A DNA stretch of 64,000 nucleotides, taken from contig CM059425.1 of NCBI GenBank assembly GCA_030390025.1, positions 166,162,001 to 166,226,000 on the forward strand. The letters run 5' to 3'. The notes under the pieces were generated by a model. It did no database searches and had not been told where the DNA came from. It saw nothing but the letters and a program-made list of their open reading frames with translations. Source of the DNA: Squalus acanthias (taxonomy: Eukaryota). Of this stretch, positions 50,396 to 62,515 are shown piece after piece; position 1 is the first letter of the stretch; each line of letters starts with the position of its first letter. Made by a program: the position numbers and the translations under genes.

Positions 50396-52849
50396 GGGCT
50401 CGATTTTGCCAGGCCCGAGGAGGCGGAATTGGAGGCGTGTGAGGTGTTAAAATCACAAAAAATGGCAGGCGGCTCCCATCCCGCCTCCAAGCAATTTTCC
50501 CACATTCGTGGTTTCAGACCCCATTTCCATCCCGCCTCCAAGAGGTGGGATAGGCCCTTAACAACCACTTAATTGCTTCTATAATCCATTTTGAGAGGCC
50601 TTTCTGATTTTAACACATTTTTCCCATCCTACACGCCTCCTCTGGAACACACCAGTTAAACCTGGCGGCTTCACAAGTGGATTGCTTACTAACAGCTCCA
50701 CCATTAAAAAGCAGTTTTCTCCAATGATCACTTGCAGGTGGCAGAACTTTGTTGTCTCAGGTCTGGGGGAGCTTTTAGCAGGCCTACTCATTGTTGTGGA
50801 AGTTTGGAGCCTGACACCCATCTCCAGTGTGACCTGCTGGGAAACCCCTCTCCCCACCATGACTGAGCGCTTCCGCAACGGAGGCATACACCAGAAGCAT
50901 GGCGACCATTTATTTCCTTTCCTCCTGGACATCAGATTCGGACGAAGACCAGCCGTGGCAGCAGAAGAACCATGAACAACAGCAGCACCAACAGCACTTC
51001 AGGGGGGCCATGAGGACCCGTTTCTGCACTGGAAGTCCTACTCCAGAGAACTTCCATGAAGGTCTGGTTTCTATGCTCAATAGCTGACCATCGCTCCTCA
51101 AGAGATGCCAGTCTATTCTGAACAATGACCATGTTTTCAACACTCTGGTGACTTAGCTCCTCCATGGCCGTAGCCATCCTTTCCTCTACCATAGCTATCC
51201 TTTCCACGGAGGTTGCCATCCTTTCCGTGGTGATGCGTTCATGCACCAATGCCTGCACAAAGGCTCTGCTCTTGGTCGCGATAGACTCCTCCATTCGCTC
51301 CACACTCGCTGCGACCCTGGATACAAAACCTGCCAGAGACTCCTGCACCTGTTCCTGGAGTTCCAGCACCGCTCTCCTTCTGGATGGACCCGGAGGCACA
51401 GGGTCGACATGCAGCTGAGCCGAGCTGCCAGAGTCCTGCGCTCTCCGACAAGGACTCTCCACTGCTGTCCCTCTCTCCACCATCTGCTGATGCTCACTTG
51501 TGATCTGTGATACACCAGGTGACAACACTACTCTATCTCGTGAAGGTCCCACCGAGGTGTGAGTGTCTGCGCTGGTGTTGGGTGCACTGAATTTTGCTGA
51601 CGCTGTGCCCTCAGAGGTTGCAGCTTCCTCTGAGGAGTCTTAAGGCTCAGGCTGTTCCTCTTGGACAGTGGGGACGGAGGCTCTCGATGGTCCTGTGGGG
51701 GATTAAAGGAAAGAGTTAGAGATGTGAGGTCAAGGTTACATGCACATTGAATAGTGCAGATGATCATAAGTCAATCTGTTAGAGCATCAGAATCATTATC
51801 AGTGACTCATGCAATGTCAAAATGAGAGAGATGGCAAACTATTCTGTCACCAGCTTGCTGTGATGCGCCCATCTGTCCGTCCCCCACTTGGGAATCCTCC
51901 TCGATCCCGGTGATTTCCAGGGCCGCCTCCTCCCAGGTGGTGAGCTGGGCTACTGAGGGTGGCCCTCCTCCTGTCATGTCTCTTTCCCTCTTATTATGGG
52001 CTCTCTTTTCCCACAATGAGGGACACAAGTGGAGTTTGAGTGAGAATGAAGGAGTGAGTGTAGAGAATCCATAGCATAGATGCTTAGAAGGAGACAAAGG
52101 GCCCTCCCTGTGTGTTGTAAGTTGTTGTTGTTGCATCACAGTGATAGGAAGTGTGAGGGCTGCATGGACGAATAGTTAAGTGAATGTGACCATAGAGAGA
52201 GAGGGAATGGGTAAGGGTGCAGGGATGTAAGTGTCAAGTGGGATGTGGAGGAAGAGGTTGGCAAAGCAGAGTGCTGGTGAGGAGACGTGTTGGGGATCAG
52301 ATTGAAGGTGATGGGAAAGTCATACTCACTTTTCCTGTGCAGAGAAGGTCATGAAATCTCTTCCTGCACTGCAGCCCGGTTCTGCGGCTCATAGAGATGG
52401 AGTTGACCTCCTGGGCCACTTGCAGCCACACAGCTTTAGTCTGCTGGGGTGGCTTTTTTCTCCCTGAGGAAGGGAAGAGCACCTCCTTATTGGATCTTGC
52501 TCCCTCCACCAGAGCTTGGAGGGAGGACTCATCGAAGCGTTGATCACACTTTGGCCTACTGGTGGACATAGTGGATGAATGAAGGGCTTACAACAATGGT
52601 CATAAAGTTTCCAGTCTCCAGAAGAAGCAAGGCTGCTTGCAGGTCTTAAATCCAGAAGCATTAATGACGTCATCGGAGGCGACTTTCTGTATGAAAATAC
52701 TCATTGGGCCAGGGGTTTCCACACGCTGGAAATCTAGTGCCCAATTAGGGGAAAATCGCACTTTTTTCCTACTTCACATCGGAGTCAGGGTCCTGACACG
52801 AAAACCACCTGACACGCCCCAGCCCGCCCCCAATGGCAAAATCGCGGCC
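50396..52849. mobile_element. PIF/Harbinger element with Myb gene retained and transposase deleted
   Basis: TIR gggctcgattttgcca / tggcaaaatcgcggcc, TTT TSD inside CR1 ORF2; only the transposase N-terminus (WTSDSDED) is left. Confidence 0.9.
51000..52569 (-). pseudogene. Harbinger Myb/SANT gene, 3 exons, 3' end truncated
   Basis: RFDESSLQALVEG...WLQVA...RTGLQCRKRFHDL|gtgagt; EKRAHNKRER..TGGGPP; heptad coiled-coil exon. Confidence 0.82.
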
Positions 52850-55294
52850 TTTGTGTTTGTCTTCACAGAAGAAGACGCAAAAAACTTCCGGAAATAGTGG
52901 CGAACCAAGGGTCTAGTGAGAATGAGGAACTAAAAGAAATTAGTATGAGTAAAAAAATAGTACTGGAGAAATTAATGGGACTGAAAGCCGATAAATCCCC
53001 TGGACCTGATGGCCTAAATCCTAGGGTTTTGAAAGAGGTGGCTATAGAGATAGTTGAAGCTTTGGTTGTTATTTTCCAAAATTCCATAGATTCTAGAACG
53101 GTTCCCGCGAATTGGTAGGTAGCAAATGTAACCCCACTATTTAAGAAAGTAGGGAGAGAGAAAACAAGGAACTACAGACCAGTTAGCCTGACATCAGTAG
53201 TAGGAAAATGCGAGAATCTATTATTAAGGACATGGTAACAGGGCACTTAAAAAATAATAATAGGATTGGGCAGAGTCAACAGGGATTTAAGAAAGGGAAA
53301 TCGTGTTTGACAAATCTGTTAGAATTTTTGAGGTTGCAACTAGCAGAATAGATAAGGGGGAACCAGTGGATGTGGTTTATTTGGATTTTCAGAAGGCATT
53401 CGATAAGGTGCCACACAATAGGTTATTAAACAAAATTAGGGCTCATGGGATTGGGGGTAATATACTAGCATGGATTGAGGATTGGTTAACGGACAGAAAA
53501 CAGAGAATAGGAATAAACGGGTCATTTTCGGGTTGGCAGGCTATAACTAGTAGGGTACCGCAAGAATCAGTGCTTGGGCCTCAGCTATTCACAATCTAGA
53601 TCAATGATTTGGATGAGGGGACCAAATGTAATACATCCAAAGCTGGGTGGGAATGTAAGTTGTGAAGAGGATGCAAGGAGGCTTCAAGGGGATATAGACA
53701 GGCTAAATGAGTGGGCAAGAACATGACAAATGGAATATAATGTGGAGAAATGTGAAGTTATCCACTTTGGTAGGAAAAACAGAAAAGCAGAGTATTTTTT
53801 AAATGCTGAGAGATTGAGAAATGTTGGTGTTCAGAGGGACCTGGGTATCCTTGTACATGAATCACTGAAAGTTAACGTGCAGGTACAGCAAGCAATTAGG
53901 AAAGCAAATGGCATGTTGGCCTTTATTACAAGAGGATTAGAGTATAAGAGTAAAGACATCTTACTGTAATTATTTGCAGTTTTGGTCTCCTTACCTAAGG
54001 AAGGATATACTTGCCATAGAGGGAGTGCAACAAAAGTTCACCAGACTGGTTCCTGGGATAGGGGGATTGTCCTATGAGGAGAGATTGAGTAGACTAGGCC
54101 TATATTCTCTAAAGTTTAGAAGAATGAGAGGTGATCTCATTGAAACATACAAAATTCTTACAGGGCTTGACAGGGTAGATGCAGGGAGGATGTTTCCCCT
54201 GGCTGGGGAGTCTAGAACCAGGGGTCACAGTCTCAGAATAAGGGGTCAGCCATTTAGGACTGAGATGAGGAGAAATATCTTCACTCAGAGGGTGGTGAAT
54301 CTTTGGAATTCTCTACCCCAGAGGGCTGTGGAGGATCTTCAAGACAGAGATCGATAGATTTTTGAATATTAAGGGAATCAAGGGATATGGGGATAGTGCA
54401 GGAAAGTGGAGATGAGGTAGAAGATCAGCCATCATCTTATTGAATGGCAGAGCAGGCTCAAAGGGCCAAATGGCTCTTATTTCTGCTTCTATTTCTTATG
54501 CTCTTGTGTTTTTATTCTTGGCAGGAGCATGACTGAGCTCTTAGCCAGCGGCAGGGCAGAATGGTTACAAGATGCTGGTATCCTCGTACGTTATCCTCCT
54601 TCTCGCATGCACCTCTTGCTTTCCTGTTCTTCCCTCACCACAGCTCCACCCTTGTGCCTTCCTCATTTCACACACCCAACAAATTCAGCCTGCCCAGTCA
54701 GTGGTTGACCAAGAAGAGGGAGTAGAGAAAGAAGAGAGAGGAGGGAGAAGAGGAAGAAAAAAACACCGTCGTTCATTTTCACACTCCCAGCCACCAGCTC
54801 CTCAACGTCGTCCTGCAAGGCCATCTGCAGTGTCCCCCACTGAAAGTCAGCAGCCTTCCACCAGTCATGCTGCAGCCACTGGGGTAGCACTGCATGACAT
54901 CAGTAGGATAGGCAAAGGCAAACACAAGACAGTCACTAAGAGAATGCATAAAGGTGATGAGTTGATTTCTTGATGTCATATTGGATGGATAGATGTATAA
55001 AATTAGTTTGGAAAGTTTGCTTTGTGGTGGCTTTTATTTCAGCATTGTGGCCAAGAGGACGCTGTGATGGTCAGTAACAGAGGGAAGGTAAGTTGTGGGG
55101 CTAATGTTGAAAGAGGAATTGGGGTTGTGGTCACTGCAACTGCAGGTGGATGATCCCATCCCAGATATCCCAGCCAGAAAGGGGCTTTCTGGGTTGCATC
55201 CTTCCTTCTGATTCCTCCTGTTAGGTTTCCTCTTCTTGTGCGTCTTCCTCTTCTGCGTTTTCCGCTTCTGTGTCTTCCTCTTCCCTCTATGAGC

Positions 55295-55435
55295 GAATGC
55301 TATAAATCTGAAATAAAAGCATAAAATGCTGGAAATACTCAGCAGGTCAAGCAGCATCTTGACCTGAGACGTAAACTCTCTTTCTTTCTCCATGGATGTT
55401 GACTGACCTGTTGAGTATTTGCAGCATTTTCTGTC
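55295..55435. mobile_element. Penelope-terminus fold-back fragment
   Basis: aaatgctggaaatactcagcaggtca ... tgacctgttgagtatttgcagcatttt. Confidence 0.7.
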
Positions 55436-55715
55436 TTCTCAGAGGCCTTCCTTTACCATCCAAGGCCTTGCAAGCATCCAGCATCACTCCCTACACACTT
55501 ACATTTTTTTAAACATCTATTGCAGCAAGCTACTACTTCAGTAAAATAAATAAAACCCAGTCCAAAAACTTAAATGCAAACTTACCAGAAAGATGTGTGT
55601 GTCCCTTTAAGAGGTGCTGACAGCGCCTCTTTGAGTCTGCTTGCAAGCTGGGTTTACCTGGCGTGCTTAGGACCCAGCGCTGAACTCAGCGCTTGGGTCG
55701 AAGTACGTCGTGATA

Positions 55716-58650
55716 CGAACATAAGAAATAGGAGTAGGAGTAGGTCATTCGGACCTTCGAGCCTGCTCCGCCATTCAATGAGATCATGGCTGATCTTCTG
55801 CCTCAACTCCATTCACCGGCCCTATTGCCATATCCCTTGATGCCCTTACTAGTCAGAAATCTATCGACTTCTGTTTTGAATATACCCAATGACTGAGCCT
55901 CCACAGCCTTCTGGGGTAGAGAATTCCAAAGATTCACCACCCTCTGTGTGAAGAAATTTCCTCTCATCTCAGTCCTGAATGGCCTACCCTTTATCTTGAG
56001 GCTGTGGCCCCTGGTTCTAGACTCCCCAGTTAAAGGAAACATTCTCCCAGCATCCATCCTATCAAGCCCTGTAATAATTTTGTATGCTTCATAGAAACAT
56101 AGAAGATAGGAGCAGGAGTAGGCCATTCGGCCTCTCAAGCCTGCTCTGCCATTTAATGAGATCATGGCTGATCATCCAAATTCAGTAACCTGTCCCTGCT
56201 TTCTCCCCATATCCCTTGATCCCTTTAGAAATATATCTAACTCCTTCTTGAATATATTTAATGAATTGGCCTCAACTGCCTTGTGTGGTAGAGAATTCCA
56301 CAGGTTCACCACTCTCTGGGTGAAGAAATTCTTCCTCATCACAGAATCACAGAATCCCCACAATGCAGATAGAGGCCATTTCGGCCCATCGAGCCTGCAC
56401 CGACACATATCCCACCCTATCCCCGTAACCCCACGTATTTAATCCCCCTAACACTAAGGGTCAATTTATCATAGCGACCAACCATCAAACCAAATCAACC
56501 TAACCCGCACATCTTTGGACTGTGGGAGGAAACCGGAGCACCCGGAGGAAACCCACGCAGACACGGGGAGAAAGCGCAAACTCCACACAGACAGTCACCC
56601 GAGGCCGGATTCGAACCCGGGTCCCTGGCGCTGTGAGGCAACAGTGCTAACCACTATGCCACCGTGTTACCCTCTCAGTCCTAAATGGCTTACCCCTTAT
56701 CCTTAGACTGTGACCCCTGGTTCTGGACTCCCCCGCCATCGGAAACATCCTTCCTGCATCTAGTCTGTCTAGTCCTGTTAGAATTTTATAAGTTTCAATG
56801 AGATCCCCTCTCATTCTTCTAAACTCTAGCGAATACAAGCCCAATCGTCCCAATCTCTCTTCATACGTCATTCCTGCCATCCCAGGTATCAGTCTGGTGA
56901 ATCTTCGCTGCACTCCCTCCATGGCAAGAACATCCTTCCTCAGATAAGGTGACCAAAACTGCACACAATACTCAAGGTGTGGTCTCACCAAGGCCCTGTA
57001 CAACTGCAGCAAGACATCCTTGCTCCTGTACTCGAATCCTCTCGCTATGAAGGCCAACATACCATTTGTCTTCTTAACCGCCTGCTGTACCTGCATGCTT
57101 ACCTTCAACGACTGGTGCACAAGGACACCCAGGTCTCGTTGCACTTCCCCTTTTCCCAATCTATTGCCGTTCAGATAATAATCTGCCTTCCGGTTTTTGC
57201 CACCAAAGTGGATAACCTCGCATTTATCCACATTATACTGCATCTGCCATGCGTCTGCCCAATCACCCAACTTGTCCAAATCATACTGGAGTTTCTCTGC
57301 ATCCTCCTCACAACACACATGCCCACCCAGCTTTGTGTCATCTGCAAACTTGGAGATATTACATCTAGTTCCCTCGTCTAGATCATTAATATATATTGTG
57401 AATAACTGGGGTCCTAGCACTGATCCCTGCGGTACCCCACTAGTCACTGCTTGCCACTCGGAAAAAGACCCGTTTATTCCAACTCTTTGCTTCCTGTCTG
57501 CCAACCAGTTCTCTATCCAAGTCAGTACCTTACCCCCAATCCCATGTGCTTTAACTTTGCACGCTAATCTCTTATGCGGGACCTTATCGAAAGCCTTCTG
57601 AAAGTCCAAATACACCACATCCACTGGTTCTCCCTTATCTATCCAACCAGTTACATCCTCAAAAAATTCAAGTAGATTAGTCAAGCATGATTTACCTTTT
57701 GTAAATCCATGTTGACTTTGTCCGATCCTGTCACTGTTTTCCAAGTGCTCTGCTGTTACATCTTTTATAATGGACTCTAGCATTTTTCCCACTACCGATG
57801 TCAGGCTTACCAGTCTATAATTCCCCGTTTTCTCTCTCCCACCTTTTTTAAATAGTGTGGTTACATTAGCTACCCTCCAATCCATGGGAACTGTTCCAGA
57901 GTCTATAGAATTTTTGGAAGATGACCAGCAATGCATCTACTATTTCTAGGGCCACTTCCTTAAGTACCCTAGGATGTAGATTATCAGGCCCTGGGGATTT
58001 ATCGGCCTTCAATCCCATCAATTTCCCTAACACCATTTCCCTACAAATACTGATTTCATTCAGTTCTTCCCTCTCATTAGACCCTATGTTCTCCGACATC
58101 TCTGGGAGTTTATTTGTGTTCTCCTTTGTGAAGACAGAACCAAAGTATGTATTTAATTGGTCTGCCATTTCTTTGTTCCCCATTATAAATTCCCCTGATT
58201 CTGACTGCAAGGGACCTACGCTTGACTTCACCAATCTTTTTCTCTTCATATATCTACTTCAATGAGATCCCCTCTCATTCTTCTGAATTCAAGCGAATAC
58301 AGGCCTAGTTTACTCAATCTCTTCTCATACGACAGTCCCGCCATCCCAGGAATCAATCTCATGAAGCTTCGTTGCACTCCCTCTATGGCAAGTATATCCT
58401 TCCTTAGGTAAGGAGACCAAAATTGTACACAGTACTCCAGGTGTGGTCTCACCAAGGCCCTATATAATTGGAGTAAGACTTCTTTACTCCTGTACTCAAA
58501 TCCTCTTGTAATGAAGGCCAGCATACCATTTGCCTTCCTAATGGCTTGCTGCACCTGCACATTCACTTTCAGTGACTCATGTACAAGGACACCCAGGTCC
58601 CTTTGAGCATCTGCATTCCCCAATCTTTCACCATTTAGGAAATACTCTTA
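55716..58650 (-). mobile_element. Cluster of at least three CR1/L3 copies (55716-56090, 56091-58250, 58250-58650)
   Basis: Long RT ORF 56647-57936 (QHGF, YLDFQKAFDKVPH, KFADD); repeated 3' UTRs. Confidence 0.92.
56341..56672 (-). mobile_element. HE1-type V-SINE inserted in a CR1
   Basis: tRNA head (tggcatagtggttagc; ggttcgaatcc), V-domain ggtttcctccgggtgctccggtttcctcccaca, CR1-like tail. Confidence 0.9.
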
Positions 58651-59800
58651 CAAAAAGAAAATACTGCAGATGCTGGAAATCTGAAATAAAAACAGAAAAT
58701 GCTGGAGAAACTCAGCAGGTCAGGCAGCATCTGTGAAGAGAGAAAGAGAGTTAACGTTTCAGGTCAATGACCTTTCTTCAGAACTGGAAAAAAGCAGGAA
58801 ATTGAACAGATTTTTAAGCAAGTGTAGAGGCTGGGAAAGGGGGGAGGGGATGAAAGAACAAAGGGGAAGGTCTGTGATAGGATAGAAGGCAGAAGAGGTT
58901 AAGAGACATTAAGAGATATTCAAGGCAAAAAGGAGATGGTAATGGGACAGGTTAAGAAACAAAGGATGGCTCTAGATGAAGTGTAAATTGCGCTGGCAGA
59001 ATGAAAGACAGCTGCCATATGGAGAAGAAAAAAAGACAGACAAAGAGTGTGGATAAAAAATAAATATATATATGATAGGGGCCGAGGTTATGATCTGAAA
59101 TTGTTGAACTCTATGTTGAGTCCGGAAGGCTGTAAAGTGCTTAATCGAAAGATGAGGTGCTGTTCCTCGAGCTTACACTGAGCTTCCATGGAACAATGCA
59201 AGAGGCCGAGTTGGGTGAGATCTGAGTGGGCGTGGAGCGGTGAATTAAAGTGACAGGCGACCAGAAGCTCGGGGTCCCCCTTATGGACTGAACGGAGGTG
59301 TTCCGCAAAGCGGTCACCCAATCTGCGTTTGGTCTCCCCAATGTAGAGAGACCACATCGTGAGCAGCGAATACAGTATACTAAATTGCAAGAAGTACAAA
59401 TAAATCGCTGTTTCACCTGGAAGGGGTTTTTGGGGCCCTGGACAGTGGGAAGGGGGGAGGCATAAGGGCATGTGTTGCATCTCCTGCGCTTGCACGGGAA
59501 GGTGCCGGGCGAAGGGAAAGGGGTGTTGGGGGTGATAGAGGAGTGGACTAGGATGTCGCGGAGGGAGCGGTCCCTACAGAATGCTGAAAGGGGAGGTGAG
59601 GGGAAGATGCGTTTGGTGGTGGGATCACGCTGGAGGTGGCGGAAATGGCGGAGGATGATCCGTTGAATGCGGAGGCTGGTGGGGTGAAAGGTGAGGACAA
59701 GGGGAACTCTGTCATGGTTCCGGGAGGGAGGGGCAGGGGTGAGGGCAGAAGTGTGGGAGATAGAACGGACACGGTGAAGGGCCGTGTCAACCACAGTAGA
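58650..59800 (-). mobile_element. Penelope-like element 3' portion (RT C-terminus, GIY-YIG, terminal repeat)
   Basis: RVPLVLTFHP...CKRRRCNTC...YIGETKRRLGDRFAEH. Confidence 0.92.
58749..58785 (-). ncRNA. Minimal hammerhead ribozyme (CUGAAGA, GUU triplet)
   Basis: Reverse complement agtt-CTGAAGA-a-aggtc att gacct-GAAAC-GTT-aact. Confidence 0.75.
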
Positions 59801-61454
59801 GGGAAAGCCTCTGAGAACACCACTTGCTCCCAGTCCTGGAGGCTTTAGTTGCAGTCCCCCTTGGGCTGCAACATGACATGAAGATGGAGCAGAGGCAGCA
59901 AAGGGGACAAGCTGCTCACAGAGAGAGGAGGAGGAGGAAAAGGAAGAAGCAGAAGAGGAGAATGCACAAAAGGAGGAAGCAGAAGAGGAGGAAGTGGAAG
60001 GAAAGAGGAAACTCAGACAGCCGCTTTCTGGCTGGGATATCCGGATCGAATCATCCGCCTGCACGACCAGTGACCACAACCCCAATTCCCCTTTCAACAT
60101 TTGTCCCACACCTTACCTTCCCTCTGTTGCTGACCATCACAGCGTCCTCTTGGCCACAATGCTGAAATAAAAGCCACCACAAAGCAAACTTTCCAATCCA
60201 ACTTTATCCATATATGCATCCAATATTACATTAAAAAATCAACTAATCACCGTTGTGCATTCCCTCAGTGAGTGTCTTGCATGTGCCTTTGCCTATCCTA
60301 GTGCACTTATGCAGTGCTATCCCAGTGGCTGTGGCATGGCTGGTGGAAGGCTGTTGACTTTCAGTGGGGGACACTGCACATGGACTTGCAGGATGACTTT
60401 GAGGAGCTGGTGGCTGGGAGTGTGAAATCGAGTGACAGTGTTTCTTCTTTTTCACTCTCCTCTCCCTGTTCTTGTTGACCCACTGGCTAGGCAGGCTGGA
60501 TTTCTTGGGGTCTGAAATGAGGAAGGCACAAGGGTAGAGTTGTGATGAGGGGAGGGGGTTAAAGCAAGAGGTGCATACTTACACCATGTGCAGCTTGTAA
60601 ATCAGAAGAGATTGTGGGATGAGGGGGAAGTGGGATGTGAGAAGGAGGATAATGTATGAGGATACCGGCGTCTTTTATTTTTTCAGCCCTGTCACTGGCC
60701 AAGGGCTCAGCTATGCTGCTGCTAAGAATGGCTGCCAAGAATGGCCAGCACCATCTCCTCTAAGGGGATGAGTTGAAGCTAGGAATGTGAGGTGTGCCTC
60801 GTGTTTGGTAGAGATTGTTGGTAGGTGAGTGAATGATGGGGGGGTGGGGGGATCATGCATTGAGCAGTGTGTGTAGTGGTGCAGTTGTTGGGAGATGGCT
60901 TTTGAAGAGGCATTCACTGACCTTGACCTCTGGTCTGAGGTCATGAAACCTCTTGGGGTACTGGAGCTAGGTCCTGGGGTGACACTGCTGGCAGTGACTG
61001 CCTCGGCGATCTGGTCCACATCCTTCTTTCTGGAAGGCCTCCTGGCTCCATGGGTAGAGGACCTCTCTTCCAGTGTTGACCCACTGCTTAAAGCGCGAAT
61101 GCTGCATCCGGGACCCCGGGCGCCCTTTCCCTGGCCTGTTGAGCCATTAGTGCTGAAGCACATTTACCATTTTTTATCAGCAGAAGGCAGCTCACCTTTA
61201 AGAGGTGCAGACTGCCTTTAAGAGGAGCAGGCTAGCTTTAAGTAAAGGTAGCCTCGCTATAACAACGCAAACTTTGCCCCCCTGCTGAGCGCACAGCCTG
61301 TCAGCAATGCGTTCATCGCTAGTTTGTGCTGTAATCATTATAATTAGCAGGCAGCACGAATTTGACGTGTTGCTTGTGCTCCTTAAACGGGCGTGGGCAT
61401 ATCTTGCATCACGGTGCCCACGCCTGTTTTTTTGTGTTATCCAATTTCTAGGCC
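59800..61454. mobile_element. Harbinger family C derivative, reverse orientation, one end lost
   Basis: TIR ccaatttctaggcc; colinear with the reverse complement of 27721-29550. Confidence 0.8.
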
Positions 61455-61679
61455 AAAGTTTTTCAGAATTTTGAAAGCTTGTATTAGAGACTTCCTTAAC
61501 CTTCTCTGCCCCAGTGAATGAACCCCAGTGTTTTGAACCTTTCTTTATAATTATAATCACTCATTCCTGGTATCTAGTTAATTTTTGCTGCAATTTTTTC
61601 ATGGTTTGATCTTTATCTGTAATGCACAATTGGATTCCTTAATTTTCAATATTTCTGCAATAGTAACATTTAGCATTAT

Positions 61680-61997
61680 GGCCTCAGTTCTTACACAGAA
61701 GGGGGGAGGGGATGGGAACGGTGCGCACGATTCCGGTAGCGGGCGGCGTACCTGGAACCTTCGGGGATGTGGAAGCCCCTCTGATCTTAACGGCAGGGCC
61801 TCATTTAAATAATACTTCCCCAGAGTTGTGCCCGACACCCGGTCAGATTCACTACCTGGCTGGTGGGTCGGAGAAGGAATTTGGATGCAGGAGTTCACAG
61901 CCGGGGACCTATGGGAATAGTTACCATCAGTCAGTGGGAGGAGGGATTCCAGCGCGATCATGTGTTGGCGTTGGGGGGGGGGGTTAAAATCAAGGCC
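61680..61997. mobile_element. Short decayed Harbinger-type MITE
   Basis: ggcctcagttctt / aaaatcaaggcc, flanks tat/ttt. Confidence 0.45.
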
Positions 61998-62515
61998 TTT
62001 GTCTCAACAGTAGCCAGAAGCTGGGAGCCACACTAGCTACCCTAATACTTATTTATGCAAGTTTCTATAGCTTTGAAATAAAACCCTATAACATCAGTCA
62101 GTTGTAATGGCTAGTCAATGACAAGCATCTGGGTTAATTAAACAATGAGATTGTAGGGGGCCTTGTCCATGATTCTATTATCTTTCACATAACGGGGTGC
62201 CCAGGACTGCATACAATACTCGTACTGTGGTTTAATCAATGCCTTGTACCAATTCAACACCACATCCTTGCTTTAATGTTCAAAGTCTCTGTATAAAACT
62301 CGGAACCCCAGTTGGCCTTATTTACCTCCACTGCCACTTTTAAAGATTTATGTTTTTACACCCTCAGATCTCTCTTTTCCTCCACTTGATTAAGATTCTT
62401 ACCATTTAGGGCATACTTCCTTTCACTATTCTTTTTCCCAAAATGGATTGCTGGCTGGCTTCAGGACAGAAAGCAGACAGCAGGAGTAAAGGATAGCTGG
62501 GTCACTTATTACTTG

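Larger units (their letters stand above)
46981..54513 (+). mobile_element. Near full-length CR1/L3 LINE (ORF1 + ORF2), interrupted at 47228-49255 and 50396-52849
   Basis: ORF1 CRNC...CSKC zinc-finger/coiled coil; ORF2 GVVYRPP, MGDFN, DHN (APE), KSPGPDG, YLDFQKAFDKVPH; 3' UTR. Confidence 0.92.
46115..55715. mobile_element. Harbinger family C derivative split by a CR1 (pieces 46115-46980 and about 54514-55715)
   Basis: TIR-like ggcctagaaatt; Myb exon 1 (WDQITEAV...WLQCLKKLHNL); ccttggaggaga...|ttcttggcagg is contiguous in the copy near 28670-28700. Confidence 0.75.

Noticed and set aside
49430..50572. 380-aa ORF as a host endonuclease gene
   Set aside because: CR1 ORF2 APE region running into a Harbinger TIR.
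59141..60109. 322-aa ORF
   Set aside because: Chimeric read-through from Harbinger C low-complexity sequence into Penelope.
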